From Pristiophorus japonicus (lineage: Eukaryota), in the NCBI RefSeq assembly GCF_044704955.1, contig NC_091999.1:13826001-13890000 (forward strand): a DNA stretch of 64,000 nucleotides, read 5' to 3'. Positions 1 through 14,200 of the stretch are shown piece by piece (the stretch's first letter is position 1; every line of letters begins with the position of its first letter). The position numbers and the translations under genes were made by a program. The notes below the pieces were generated by a model, which had not been told where the DNA came from, searched no databases, and worked only from the letters and a program-made list of their open reading frames with translations.

Positions 1-3000
1 ACACACACACGCCCACTGACCTGGTGATTTAAACACACACACAGACCTGGTGATTTACACACACACTGACCTGGTGATTTACTTACACACACATTGATCT
101 GGTGATGTACACACACACACATTGATCTGGTGATGTGCACACACACACACTGACCTGGTGATGTACACACACACACACTGACCTGGTGATGTACACACAC
201 ACACACACTGACCTGGTGATGTACACACACACACACTGACCTGGTGATTTGCACACACACACACACACTGACCTGGTGATTTCCACACACACAGTGGTGT
301 GGTGATTTACACACACACGCTGACCTGGTGATTTACACAGACACTGACGTGGTGATTTACACACACACACACTGACCTGGTGATTGACACACACACTGAC
401 CTGGCGATTTACTCACACACTGAACTGGGGATTTATGCACACACACACGGACCTGGTGATTAACATATACACACACTGACCTGGTGATTTTCACACACTG
501 ACCTGGTGATTTACACACACACACAGTGTCTGGTCATTTACACACACACACAGTGCCTGGTCATTTACACACTCACTGACATGGTGATTTACATGCGCAC
601 ACTGACCTGTCGATTAACACAAACATTGACGTGGTGATTTACACACACATACCACTGACCGGTAATTTATACACACACACACACTGACCTAGTGATTTAA
701 TTACACACACACTAATCTGGTGATGTACACAAACACACACACACACTGATCTGGTGATGTACACACACACACACACTGACCTGGTGATTTACACACACAC
801 TGACCTGGTGATGTACACACACACACACTGACCTGGTGATTTACACACACACTGACCTGGTGATGTATAGACACAGACACACACTAACCTGGTGATTTAC
901 ACACACCTGGTGATATACACACACACACTGATCTGGTGATTTACACACACACTGACCTGGTGATGTACACACACACACTGACCTGGTGATTTACACACAC
1001 ACTGATCTGGTGATATGCACACATATACTGACCTGGTGATGTGCACATGCACTGACCTGGTGATGTACACATGCACTGACCTGGTGATTTACACACACAC
1101 ACAAAGTGCCTGGTCATTTACACACACTGAACTGGTGATTTACACACACACACACACACTGACCTGGGGATTTATGCACACACACACGGACCTGGTGATT
1201 AACATATACACACACTGACCTGGTGATTTACACACACTGACCTGGTGATTTACACACACACACACAAAGTGCCTGGTCATTTACACACACACTGACCTGG
1301 TCATTTCCACACACACACTGACATGGTGATTTACATGCGCACACTGACCTGCCGATTAACACAAACATTGACGTGGTGATTTACACACACATACCACTGA
1401 CCGGTAATTTATACACACACACACACTGACCTGGTGATTTACACACACACACACACACGGTGATATACACAAACACACTGACCTGGTGATTTACACATGC
1501 ACTGACCTGGTGATGTATAGACACAGACACACACTAACCTGGTGATTTGCACAGACACACACAGACACACTGGCCTGGTGATTTACACACACACACTGAC
1601 CTGGTGATTTACACACACACACTGACCTGGTGATTTACACACGCACTGACCTGGTGATGTACACACGCACACTGACCTGGTGATTTACACACACACTGAT
1701 CTGGTGATATGCACACATATACTGACCTGGTAATTTACACAAGCACTGACCTGGTGATGTACAGACAGAGACACACACTAACCTGGTGATTTACACACAC
1801 ACACACACTGATCTGGTGATTTACACACACACTGACCTGGTGATTTACACACACACTGACCTGCCGATTTACTCACACACTGACCTGGGGATTTATGCAC
1901 ACACACACGGACCTGGTGATTAACACACACTGACCTGGTGATTTGCACACACACAAACACACACTAACACACACACTCTGACCTGGTGATTTGCACACAC
2001 TGACCTGGTGATTTACACACACACACAGTGCCTGGTCATTTACACACTCACTGAACTGGTGATTTACACACACACACACACACACACTGACATTGTGATT
2101 TACATGCGCACACTGACCTGCCGATTAACACAAACATTGACGTGGTGATTTACACACACATACCACTGACCGGTAATTTATACACACACACACACTGACC
2201 TGGTGATTTACTTACACACACACTGACCTGGTGATTTACACACACACGCTGACCTGGTGATTTACACAGACACTGACCTGGTGATTTAAACACACACTGA
2301 CCTGGTGATGTACAGATACAGACACACACTAACCTGGTGATTTACACACACACACACTGAGCTGGTCATTTACACACACACTGACATGGTGATTTACATG
2401 CACACTGATCAGATGATGTACACACACACTGACCTGGTGATTTGCACACACACACTGACCTGGTGATTTATACACACACTGATCTGGTGATTTACACACA
2501 CACTGATCTGGTGATTTACACCCGCGCAAAATGACCAGGGGATTTACATACACACTGACATGGTGATTTACGCACACACACACGGATCTGGTGATTTACT
2601 TACACACACACGGATCTGGTGATTTACTTTCACACACATTGACCTGGTGATTTAAACACACACTGACATGGTGATTTACAAACACACGCACACTGAGCTT
2701 GTGATTTACACACACACACACACTGACCTGGTGATTTCCACACACACACTGATCTGGTGATATGCACACGTACACTGACCTGGTGATTTACACATGCACT
2801 GACCTGGTGATGTACAGACAGAGACACACACTAACCTGGTGATTTACACACATATACACTAACCTGGTGATTTACACACACACACACACACACACACACT
2901 GAGCTGGTCATTTACACACACACTGAATTGGTGATTTACATTCACACTGATCAGATGATGTACACACACACACACACACACTGACCTGGTGATTTCCACA

Positions 3001-4531
3001 CACACACACACACACACACTCACTCACTCACTCACTTTGACTTGGTGATTTACACACACACTGACCTGGTGATTTATGCACACACACACGGACCTGGTGA
3101 TGAACACACGCACACACACACACTGACCTGGTGATTTACACACACTGACCTGGTGATTTACACACACACATTAACCTGGTGATTTATACAGACACTGATC
3201 TGGTGATTTACACACACACACTGACCTGATGATTTACACACACACACTGACCTAGTGATTTGCACGCACATAGACTTTCCTGGTGATTCAATCACACACA
3301 AACACTCACACACACTGACCTGGTGATTTACACACACACACTGACCTGGTGATTTATACACACACTGATCTGGTGATTTACACACGCGCAAACTGACCAG
3401 GGGATTTATATACACACTGACATGGTGATTTACACATGCACTGACCTGGTGATGTACAGACAGAGACACACACTAACCTGGTGATTTACACACATATACA
3501 CTCACCTGGTGATTTACACACACACTGATCTGGTGATTTACACACGCGCACACTGACCTGGGGATTTACACACACACTGAGCTGGTGATTAACACACACA
3601 CACACTGACCTGGTCATTTACACGCACACACTCTGACCTGGTGATTTACGCACACACTCTGACCCACTGATTTACACACACAAACACTGATCCGGTGATG
3701 TACACACACACACACACTGATCTGGTGATTTACACATACACACACTGACCTGGTCATTTACACGCACACACTGACCTGGAGATTTACATACACACTGACC
3801 CACTGATTTACACACACACACACACAGATCTGGTGATTTACACAGACAAACACGGACCTGGTGATTTACACACACACATACTGACCTGGTGATTTACTTA
3901 CACACTCATTGACCTGGTGATTTACACACACACGCTGACCTGGTGATTTACACAGACACTGACCTGGTGATTTACACACACACACACTGACCTGGTGATT
4001 TAAACACACACTGACATGGTGATTTACACACACACTGACCCGGTGATTTACACACACACAGACCCGGTGATTTACACACACACACACACACACACTGACC
4101 TGGTGATTTAAACACACACTGATCTGGTGATTTACACAAACACTGACCTGGTGATTTACAATCACAGTCACCTGGTGATTGACACACACATTGAACTGGT
4201 GATTTACACACACACACACATAAGGACCTGGTGATTTATACACACACTCACTGACCTGGTGGTTTACACAGACACACAAACACACTGACCTGGTGATTTA
4301 CACAGACACACAAACACACTGACCTGGTGATTTACACACACACACACTGACCTGGTGATTTACACACACACACACTGACCTGGTGATTTACACACACACA
4401 CAGACCTGGTGATTTACACACACACACTGACCTAGTGACTGACACACACAAACACACACTGACCTGGTGATTTACACACACGCACACTGACTGGTGATTT
4501 ACACACACGCACACTGACTGGTGATTTACAC

Positions 4532-4567
<36 letters not shown>

Positions 4568-6376
4568 ACATGGTGATTTACACACACACACTGACCTGGT
4601 GATTTACACACACACACTCTGACCAGGTGATTTACACACACACAGTGGTGTGGTGATTTACACACATACACTGACCTGGTGATTTACACATACACGCACT
4701 GACCTGGTGATTTACACACACGCACTGACCTGGTGATTTACACACACGCACTGACCTGGCGATTTACACACACGCACTGACCTGGCGATTTACACACACG
4801 CACTGACCTGGCGATTTACACACACGCACTGACCTGGTGATTCTCACACACGCGCACACACACACACACACACGGTGATTTACACACCCACCGAACTGAT
4901 GATTTACAGACACACACTCGCCCAGTAATTTACACACACACACACTGACCTGGTGATTTACACACACACACACACACACACACTATGAACAGGTGATTTA
5001 CACAAATACACACACACACACACACAGACCTGGTGATTTACACACAAGCACACACACACTGACCTGGTGATTTACACACACTGACCTGGTGATTTACACA
5101 CACACACATTAACCTGGTGATTTATACAGACACTGATCTGGTGATTTACACACACACACTGACCTGATGATTTACACACACACACTGACCTGATGATTTG
5201 CACGCACATAGACTTTCCTGGTGATTCAATCACACACAAACACTCACACACACTGACCTGATGATTTACACACACACACTGACCTGGTGATTTATACACA
5301 CACTGATCTGGTGATTTACACACGCGCAAACTGACCAGGGGATTTATATACACACTGACATGGTGATTTACACATGCACTGACCTGGTGATGTACAGACA
5401 GAGACACACACTAACCTGGTGATTTACACACATATACACTAACCTGGTGATTTACACACACACAAACACTGACCTGGTGATTTAATCACACACACACTCA
5501 CCTGGTGATTTACACACACACTGACCTGGTCATTTACACGCACACACACTAACCTGGTGAATTGCACACACACACACTGAACTGGTGATTTAAACACACA
5601 CTGACATGGTGATTTACACATACACACACTGACCTGGTGATTTACACGCACACACTCTGACCTGGTAATTTACGCACACACTCTGACCCACTGATTTACA
5701 CACACACACACTGATCCGTTGATGTACACACACACACACACACACACTGATCTGGTGATTTACACATACACACACTGACCTGGTCATTTACACGTACACA
5801 CTGACCTGGAGATTTACATACACACTGACCCACTGATTTACACACACACACACACACAGATCTGGTGATTTACACAGACAAACACGGACCTGGTGATTTA
5901 CACACACACATACTGACCTGGTGATTTACTTACACACTCATTGACCTGGTGATTTACATACACACGCTGACCTGGTGATTTACACAGACACTGACCTGGT
6001 GATTTAAACACACACTGACATGGTGATTTACACACACACAGACCCGGTGATTTACACACACACAGACCCGGTGATTTACACACACACTGATCTGGTGATT
6101 TACACAAACACTGACCTGGTGATTTACAATCACAGTCACCTGGTGATTGACACACACACACACACATAAGGACCTGGTGATTTATACACACACTCACTGA
6201 CCTGGTGATTTACACACACACTCACTGACCTGGTGATTTACACACACACACACTGACCTGGTGATTTACACACACACACTGACCTAGTGACTGACACACA
6301 CAAACACACACTTGACCTGGTGATTTACACACACGCACACTGACTGGTGATTTACACACACGCACACTGACTGGTG

Positions 6377-6413
<37 letters not shown>

Positions 6414-6621
6414 GACATGGTGATTTACACACACACACTGACCTGGTGATTTACACACACACACTCTGACCAGGTGATTTACACACACACACTCTGACCA
6501 GGTGATTTACACACATACACTGACCTGGTGATTTACACATACACGCACTGACCTGGCGATTTACACACACGCACTGACCTGGCGATTTACACACACGCAC
6601 TGACCTGGTGATTCTCACATA

Positions 6622-6660
<39 letters not shown>

Positions 6661-7130
6661 TGATTTACACACCCACCGAACTGATGATTTACAGACACAC
6701 ACTCGCCCAGTGATTTACTTACACACACACACACACACTATGAACAGGTGATTTACACAAATACACACACACACACACACAGACCTGGTGATTTACACAC
6801 AAGCACACACACACTGACTGGTGATTTACACACACGCGCACACACACACTGACATGGTGATTTACACACACACACACACTGACCTGCTGATTTACACACA
6901 CACACACTATGACCAGGTGATTTACACACACACACACAGATATGGTGATTTACACATGCACACAGATATGGTGATTTACACACGCACACACTGATCTGGT
7001 AATTTACACCCAAACACTGACCTGGTGATTTACACCCACACACTGACCTGGTGATTTACACACACACACCGAAGTGATGATTTACACACACACAGACATG
7101 GTGATTTACACACACACACACTGACCTGGT

Positions 7131-7163
<33 letters not shown>

Positions 7164-7493
7164 TGACCTTGTGATTTACACACACACTGACCTGGTGATT
7201 TAAACACACACACACTGACCTGGTGATTTACACACACACATTGACCAGGTGATTTACAGACACACACACACATGCACATTGACATGGTGATTTACACACG
7301 CACACTGATCTGGTGATTTACATGCATACACACACTGAGCTGGTGATTTGCACACACACAGTGACCTGGTGATTTACACACACGCACACACACACTGACC
7401 TGATGATTTACACACACACAATGACCAGGTGATTTACACACACACACACTCACACTGACCCGGTGATTTACACACACACACACTGACCTGGTG

Positions 7494-7529
<36 letters not shown>

Positions 7530-8713
7530 ACCAGGTGATTTACACACACACACAGTGGCGTGGTGATTTACACACATACACTGACCTGGTGATTTACACA
7601 TACACACACTGAACTTGTGATTTACACACACACTAACCTGGTGATTTACACACACGCACTTACCTGGTGATTTACACATACGCACTGACCTGGCGATTTA
7701 CACACACACACACACTGACATTGTGATTTACACACACACCCACACACTGACCTGGTGACTTACACACACACTGACCTGGAGATTTCCACAAACACACTGA
7801 CCTGGTGATTTCCACATACACACTGACCTGGTGATTCACACATGCACACTGGCGTGGTGATTTATACACGCACACTGACCTGGTGATTCATACACACACA
7901 CCGAGCTGGTGATTTACACACCCACCGAACTGATGATTTACAGACACACACACACACACACTGACCTGGTGATTTACATGCACACACTGACCTGGTGATT
8001 TACACACACACAGACCTGGTGATTTACACACATACACTGACCTGGTGATTTACACAAACACACACTGACCTGGTGATTTACACACACACTGACCTGGTGA
8101 TTTATACACACTGATCTGGTAATGTACACACACTGATCTGGTGATGTACACACACTGATCTGGTGATGTACACACACTGATCTGGTGATGTACACACACT
8201 GATCTGGTGATGTACACACACTGATCTGGTGATGTACACACACTGATCTGGTGATGTACACACACTGATCTGGTGATGTACACACACACACTGGCTTGGT
8301 GATTTACACGCATACACTGACCTGGTGATTTACACATACACACGCTGACCTCGTGATTTACACACACACTGATTTGGCGATTTACACATGTACTGACCCA
8401 GTGAATTACACACACACACTGATCTGGTGAGTTACACACTCACTGACCCGGATATTTACACACACACTCACCTGGTGATTTACAGAATTACATTTGACCT
8501 GGTGATTTAAACACACACACACTGACCTGGTGATTTATACACACACTGATCTGGTAATGTACACACACACACACTGGCTTGGTGATTTACACGCAGACAC
8601 TGACCTGGTGATTTACACACACACACGCTGACCTCGTGATTTACACACACACTGATTTGGCGATTTACACATACACTGACCCAGTGAATTACACACACAC
8701 ACTGATCTGGTGA
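1..8713. repeat. Satellite A, block 1: tandem monomers CACACTG-ACCTGGTGATTT-(AC)n
   Basis: The 14-nt core TGACCTGGTGATTT (variants TGATCTGG, TAACCTGG, TGACATGG, ...GATGTA) alternates with (CA)n tracts of variable length throughout. The block ends abruptly at ...ctgatctggtga|gtcccaac. Confidence 0.98.
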
Positions 8714-9538
8714 GTCCCAACAAATACTCCCAGGGCAGGTACAGCGCGGGTTAGATACCAAATAAAGCTCCCTCTGCACTGTCCTCATAAACACTCCCAG
8801 CGCAAGTACAACATATGTTAGACACAGACTAAAGCTCCCTCTGCACTGACACATCAAACACTCACAGGGCAGGTACAAAAGATGGTAGTTACCAAGTAAA
8901 GTTCCCTCTACTCTCCTGCATCAAACACTAAGGTGAAGTACAGCACAGTTTAAACACAGAGTAAATCTCTCTCTACACAGTCCCAGGGCAGGTACAGTAC
9001 GGGTTATATACAGAGTAACGCTCCTTCTGCACTGTCCTAAAGAATCCCAGGGCAGGTACAGCAAAGGTTCATCACAATTTAAAGCTCCCTGAAGTCTGAC
9101 CCATTAAACACTCCCAGGGCAGGACAGCACAGGTTAAATACACAGTGAGGATCCCTCTGCACTGTCCCACCAGACATTCCCAGCGCATGCACAGCACAGG
9201 TTAGATGAAGAGTAAAGCCCCCTCAGCATTGTCCCATCAAACAGTGCCAGGACCAGTACAGCACAGGATAGACACGGTGTATATCTTCCCGAAACACTCC
9301 ACGGCAGGAACAGAATGGTATAAATAGAGAGTAATTTCTCCGTCTTTACTTTACCAACAAACCCTGGGAAGATACAGGACGGGTTACCTAAAGATTTAAT
9401 CTCTCTCCAACCTGTCCCAAACGCTCCCAGGTTAGGTACTGCATTGGTTAGATACAGAGTTAATCTCCCTGTACGCTGTCCCATCAAACACTGCAGAACA
9501 GGTACAGAGTAAAGTTCCCCCTAGACTGTCCAGTCAAA
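8714..9538. repeat. 67-bp tandem repeat (about 12 diverged copies), copy 1
   Basis: Monomer is approximately CAAACACTCCCAGGGCAGGTACAGCACGGGTTAGATACAGAGTAAAGCTCCCTCTGCACTGTCCCAT, with starts at about 8721, 8788 and 8855 (67-bp period). Confidence 0.92.
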
Positions 9539-9620
9539 TGTTATTGAATGGGGAGCAGGCTCGAGGGGGTGGAGGAGTCCGAGTGGCCCACTCCTGCTCC
9601 TATTTCTCATGGTCTTCTGT
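9539..9620 (+). mobile_element. Short CR1-type LINE/SINE 3' tail fragment
   Basis: ttattgaatggggagcaggctcgagg...gagtggcccactcctgctcctatttctcatg resembles the CR1 3' UTR seen in this window at 58222-58285 (attgaatggcggtgcaggctagaagggccgaatggccaactcctgcacctattttctatg). Confidence 0.75.
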
Positions 9621-9624
9621 ACCC

Positions 9625-10010
9625 AGCATGCCCCGTGATGGAGAATGTGCCGCACCCAGACTGCAGGAGCTCAGTACGCAGGCGCGGGCCCTGGCTGGGT
9701 TTGGAGCATGCGCGGTGCGTGTAATGGCGGAGAAGACATGTTTTAGACAGGCTCCTCAGAAGTGCCCTTTTCAGTGGGACGGAGCGGAATAATGTACCAG
9801 CGGGGAGCCGGGCAGGCTTCATAAACAACCGGTGCCCGCCGCAAGCCCGGAATAATTAGCGGAATATCGGCGGTTGCAGCTTCAGGGCTTTCTCCCGTCA
9901 CAGCCCCGGGCTAACGGCGGCCACCTTGGTACAGGAAGGCAGGTTCAGCGCTCCGCCATTTTCCGCGGCCATCTTCGTACAGGAATAAAGTGAATGATGT
10001 CGGTGTCTGG
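9625..10010. promoter_or_regulatory. CpG-rich promoter-like block, copy 1
   Basis: High CpG density against a CpG-poor background. Motifs: NRF1-like GCATGCGC (~9706), TAATGGCGG (~9722), YY1 motifs CCGCCATTTT (9953-9962) and GCGGCCATCTT (9965-9975), and three (C/G)CGGAATA ETS-like cores. Function is inferred from motifs only. Confidence 0.6.
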
Positions 10011-10122
10011 AACTGAGCCGAGCCAGAGTCAGTACCTTCAGGGGAGGGGAACCAGTGAGTAGAACTGAACCCAGCCAGAGTCAGCACCTTCAGGGGAGGG
10101 GAACCAGTGAGTGTAGAACTGA
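10008..10122 (+). repeat. 52-bp tandem duplication, each unit containing a consensus 5' splice donor GTGAGT (copy 1)
   Basis: gaactgag/accnagccagagtcagyaccttcaggggaggggaaccaGTGAGT occurs twice; the donor-like GTGAGT is at 10055-10060 and 10107-10112. Confidence 0.8.
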
Positions 10123-10144
10123 TGTTATATCTGTAACTAACTGT

Positions 10145-11228
10145 TACACACCCACCCCCCACACACACAACCTAACCGAGATCCCCCCCCATACACAACC
10201 TAACCGAGACCCCCCCACACACACACAACCTAACCGAGCCCCCCCCACACACGTGACCCCCGCTCCACACACACAACCTAACCGAGACCCCCCCCCCCAC
10301 ACACACAACCTAACCGAGCCCCCCCCACACACGTGACCCCCCCCCACACACACAACCTAACCGAGACCCCCCCCCACACACACAACCTAACCGAGATTCC
10401 CCCCCATACACAACCTAACCGAGACCCCCCCCCACACACACAACCTAACCGAGACCCCCCCCCACACACACAACCTAACCGAGGCCTCCCCATACACACA
10501 CAACCTAACCGAGACCCCCCCCACACACACAACCTAACCGAGACCCCCCCACACACACAACCTAACCGTGACCCCCGCTCCACACACACAACCTAACCGA
10601 GACCCCCCCCACACACACAACCTAACCGAGACCCCCCCCCACACACACAACCTAACCGAGATTCCCCCCCATACACAACCTAACTGAGCCCCCCCCCACG
10701 CACACAACCTAACCGTGACCACCGCCCCACACACACAACCTAACCGAGACCTCCCCATACACACAACCTAACCGAGACCCCCCCCCACACACACAACCTA
10801 ACCGAGACCCCCCATACACACAACCTAACCGAGGCCTCCCCCACAGAGACAACCTAACCGTGACACCACCCCTACACACACAAACTAAACATGACCATCT
10901 CCCCCCATTCAACCTAACCGAGACCCCCCCACACAGACAACCTAACCGAGACCCCCCCGCACACAACCTAACCGAGAAACCCCCACGCACACAACCTAAC
11001 CACGATTACCCCACACACACAACCTAACCGAGACCCCCCCCACACACAACCTAACCGAGACCCCCCCGCACACAACCTAACCGAGAAACCCCCACGCACA
11101 CAACCTAACCATGATTACCCCACACACACAACCTAACCGAGACCCCCCCACACACAACCGAACCGAGACCCCCCCATACACACAACCTAACCGAGACCCC
11201 CCCCCCCCACACACAACCTAACCGAGAC
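10145..11228. repeat. Minisatellite B, copy 1: (CACAC)ACAACCTAACCGAGA(C)n, about 27-33 bp
   Basis: Tandem ACAACCTAACCGAGACCCCCCC(AC)n, extremely C/A-rich on + and G-rich on -. Confidence 0.97.
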
Positions 11229-14200
11229 ACACACACACACACACGCACACTGACCTGGTGATTCACTTAGACACACATTGATCTCGTGATTTACACACAC
11301 ACACACAGACCTGGTGATTTACACACACACAGTGGCATGGTGATTTAAACACACACTGACCTGGTGATTTATGCACACACACACGGACCTGGTGATGAAC
11401 ACACGCACACACACACACACTGACCTTGTGATTTACACACACACACTGACCTGGTGATTTACACACACACACTGACCTGTTAATGTACACACACACACTG
11501 AGCTGGTGATGTACACACACACACACACTGACCTGGTGATTTACATACACGCTGACCTGGTGATTTATGCACACACACACAGACCTGGTGATGAACACAC
11601 GCACACACTGACCTGGTGATTTACACACACACATTAACCTGGTGATTTATACAGACACTGATCTGGTGATTTACACACACACACTGACCTGATGATTTAC
11701 ACACACACACTGACCTGATGATTTACACATACTCACTGACCGAGTGATTTGCACGCACATAGACTTTCCTGGTGATTTAATCGCACACACACACTCACCT
11801 GGTGATTTACACACACACACTGATCTGGTGATTTACACACGTGCAAACTGACCTGGGGATTTACATACACACTGACCTGGTGATTTATGCTCACACACAC
11901 GGATCTGGTGATTAACACAAACACACACACTGACCTGGTGATTTACACACACACACAGACCTGGTGATTTACACACGCACAGTGGCGTGGTGATTTAAAC
12001 ACACACTGACATGGTGATTTATACACACACACACACACACACACACTGACCTAGTGATTTGCACAGACACAAACACTGACCTGGTGATTTACACACACAC
12101 ACACTGACCTACACACACACACAGACCTGGTGATTTACACACACACACTGACCTGATGATTTGCACACACACTGACCTGCTAATTTACACACACACACTG
12201 ACCTGGTGATTTACACACACACACTGACCTGGTGATTTACACACACGCTGATCTGGTGATTTACTTACAGACACACTGACCTGGTTATTTACACACACAC
12301 ACACTGACCTGGTGATTTACACACACACTGACCTGCTAATTTACACACACACTGACCTGCTAATTTACACACACACACTGACCTGGTGATTTACACACAC
12401 ACTGACCTGGTGATGTACAGACAGAGACACACACTAAACTGGTGATTTACACACACACACACACTGACCTGGTGATTTACATACACACTGACCTGGTGAT
12501 TTATGCACACACACACGGACCTGGTGATGAACACACGCACACACACACACACACACTGACCTGGTGATTTACACACACATACTGACCTGGTGATTTACAC
12601 ACACACACTGACCTGGTGATTTACACACACACACACTGACCTGGTGATTTACACAAACACTGACCTGGTGATTTACAGACACAGACAGACACTAACCTGG
12701 TGATTTATACACACACACACAGTGACCTGTTGATTTGCACATGCACTGACCTGGTGATGTACAGACAGAGACACACACTAACCTGGTGATGTACACACAC
12801 ACACTGACCTGGTGATTTACACACGAACTGACCTGGTGATGTACAGACAGAGACACACACTAACCTGGTGATGTACACACACACACTGACCTGGTGATTT
12901 ACACACGAACTGACCTGGTGATGTATAGACACAGACACACACTAACCTGGTGATTTACACAGACACACACAGACACACTGGCCTGGTGATTTACACACAC
13001 ACACTGACCTGGTGATATACACACACACTGCCCTGGTGATTTACACACATACGCACACTGACCTTGTGATTTAAACACACACACACTGACCTGGTGATTT
13101 ACATACACACTGACCTGGTAATATACACACACACTGACCTGGTGATTTATGCACACACACACACGGACCTGGTAATGAACACACGCACACACTGACCTGG
13201 TGATTTACACACACTGACCTGGTGATTTACACACACACATTAACCTGATGATTTATACAGACACTGATCTGGTGATTTACACACACTCACTGACCGAGTG
13301 ATTTGCACGCACATAGACTTTCCTGGTGATTTAATCGCACACACACACACTCACCTGGTGATTTACACACACACACTGATCTGGTGATTTACACACGCGC
13401 AAACTGACCTGGGGATTTACATACACACTGACCTGGTGATTTATGCACACACACAGACCTGGTGATTTACACACGCACACACACACTGACCTGGTGATTT
13501 ACACACACGCACTGACCTGGTGATTTACACACACACACGCCCACTGACCTGGTGATTTAAACACACACACTGACCTGCTAATTTACACACACACAGTGGC
13601 GTGGTGATTTAAACACACATTGATCTGGTGATGTACACACACACACACTTACCTGGTGATGTACACACACACACACTGACCTGGTGATTTGCACACACAA
13701 ACACACACACACACTGACCTGGTGATTTCCGCGAACACAGTGGCGTGGTGATTTACACACACACGCTGACCTTGTGATTTACACACACACAGTGGCGTGG
13801 TGATTTACACACACACGCTGACCTGGTGATTTACACAGACACTGACGTGGTGATTTACACACACACACACTGACCTGGTGATTGACAGACACACTGACCT
13901 GGGGATTGATGCACACACACACGGACCTGGTGATTAACACACACGGACCTGGTGATTAACACACACGGACCTGGTGATTAACACACACGGACCTGGTGAT
14001 TAACACACACGGACCTGGTGATTAACACACACACTGACCTGGTGATTTACACACACACTGATCTGGTGATATGCACACATACACTGACCTGGTGATGTAC
14101 ACATGCACTGACCTGGTGATGTACACATGCACTGACCTGGTGATGTACACATGCACTGACCTGGTGATTTACATAGACACACACAGACACACTGACATGG

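Noticed and set aside
9134-9828. ORFs conserved between the two cassette copies (117, 84 and 73 aa; ATGGCG-started MAEKTCF...)
   Set aside because: Conservation simply reflects the ~99% identical recent duplication. They overlap the 67-bp satellite or CR1 tail and have no recognisable domain.
10055-10990. Pro/His/Thr- and Gly/Val/Cys-rich ORFs (also 54199-56468)
   Set aside because: Translations of minisatellite B.
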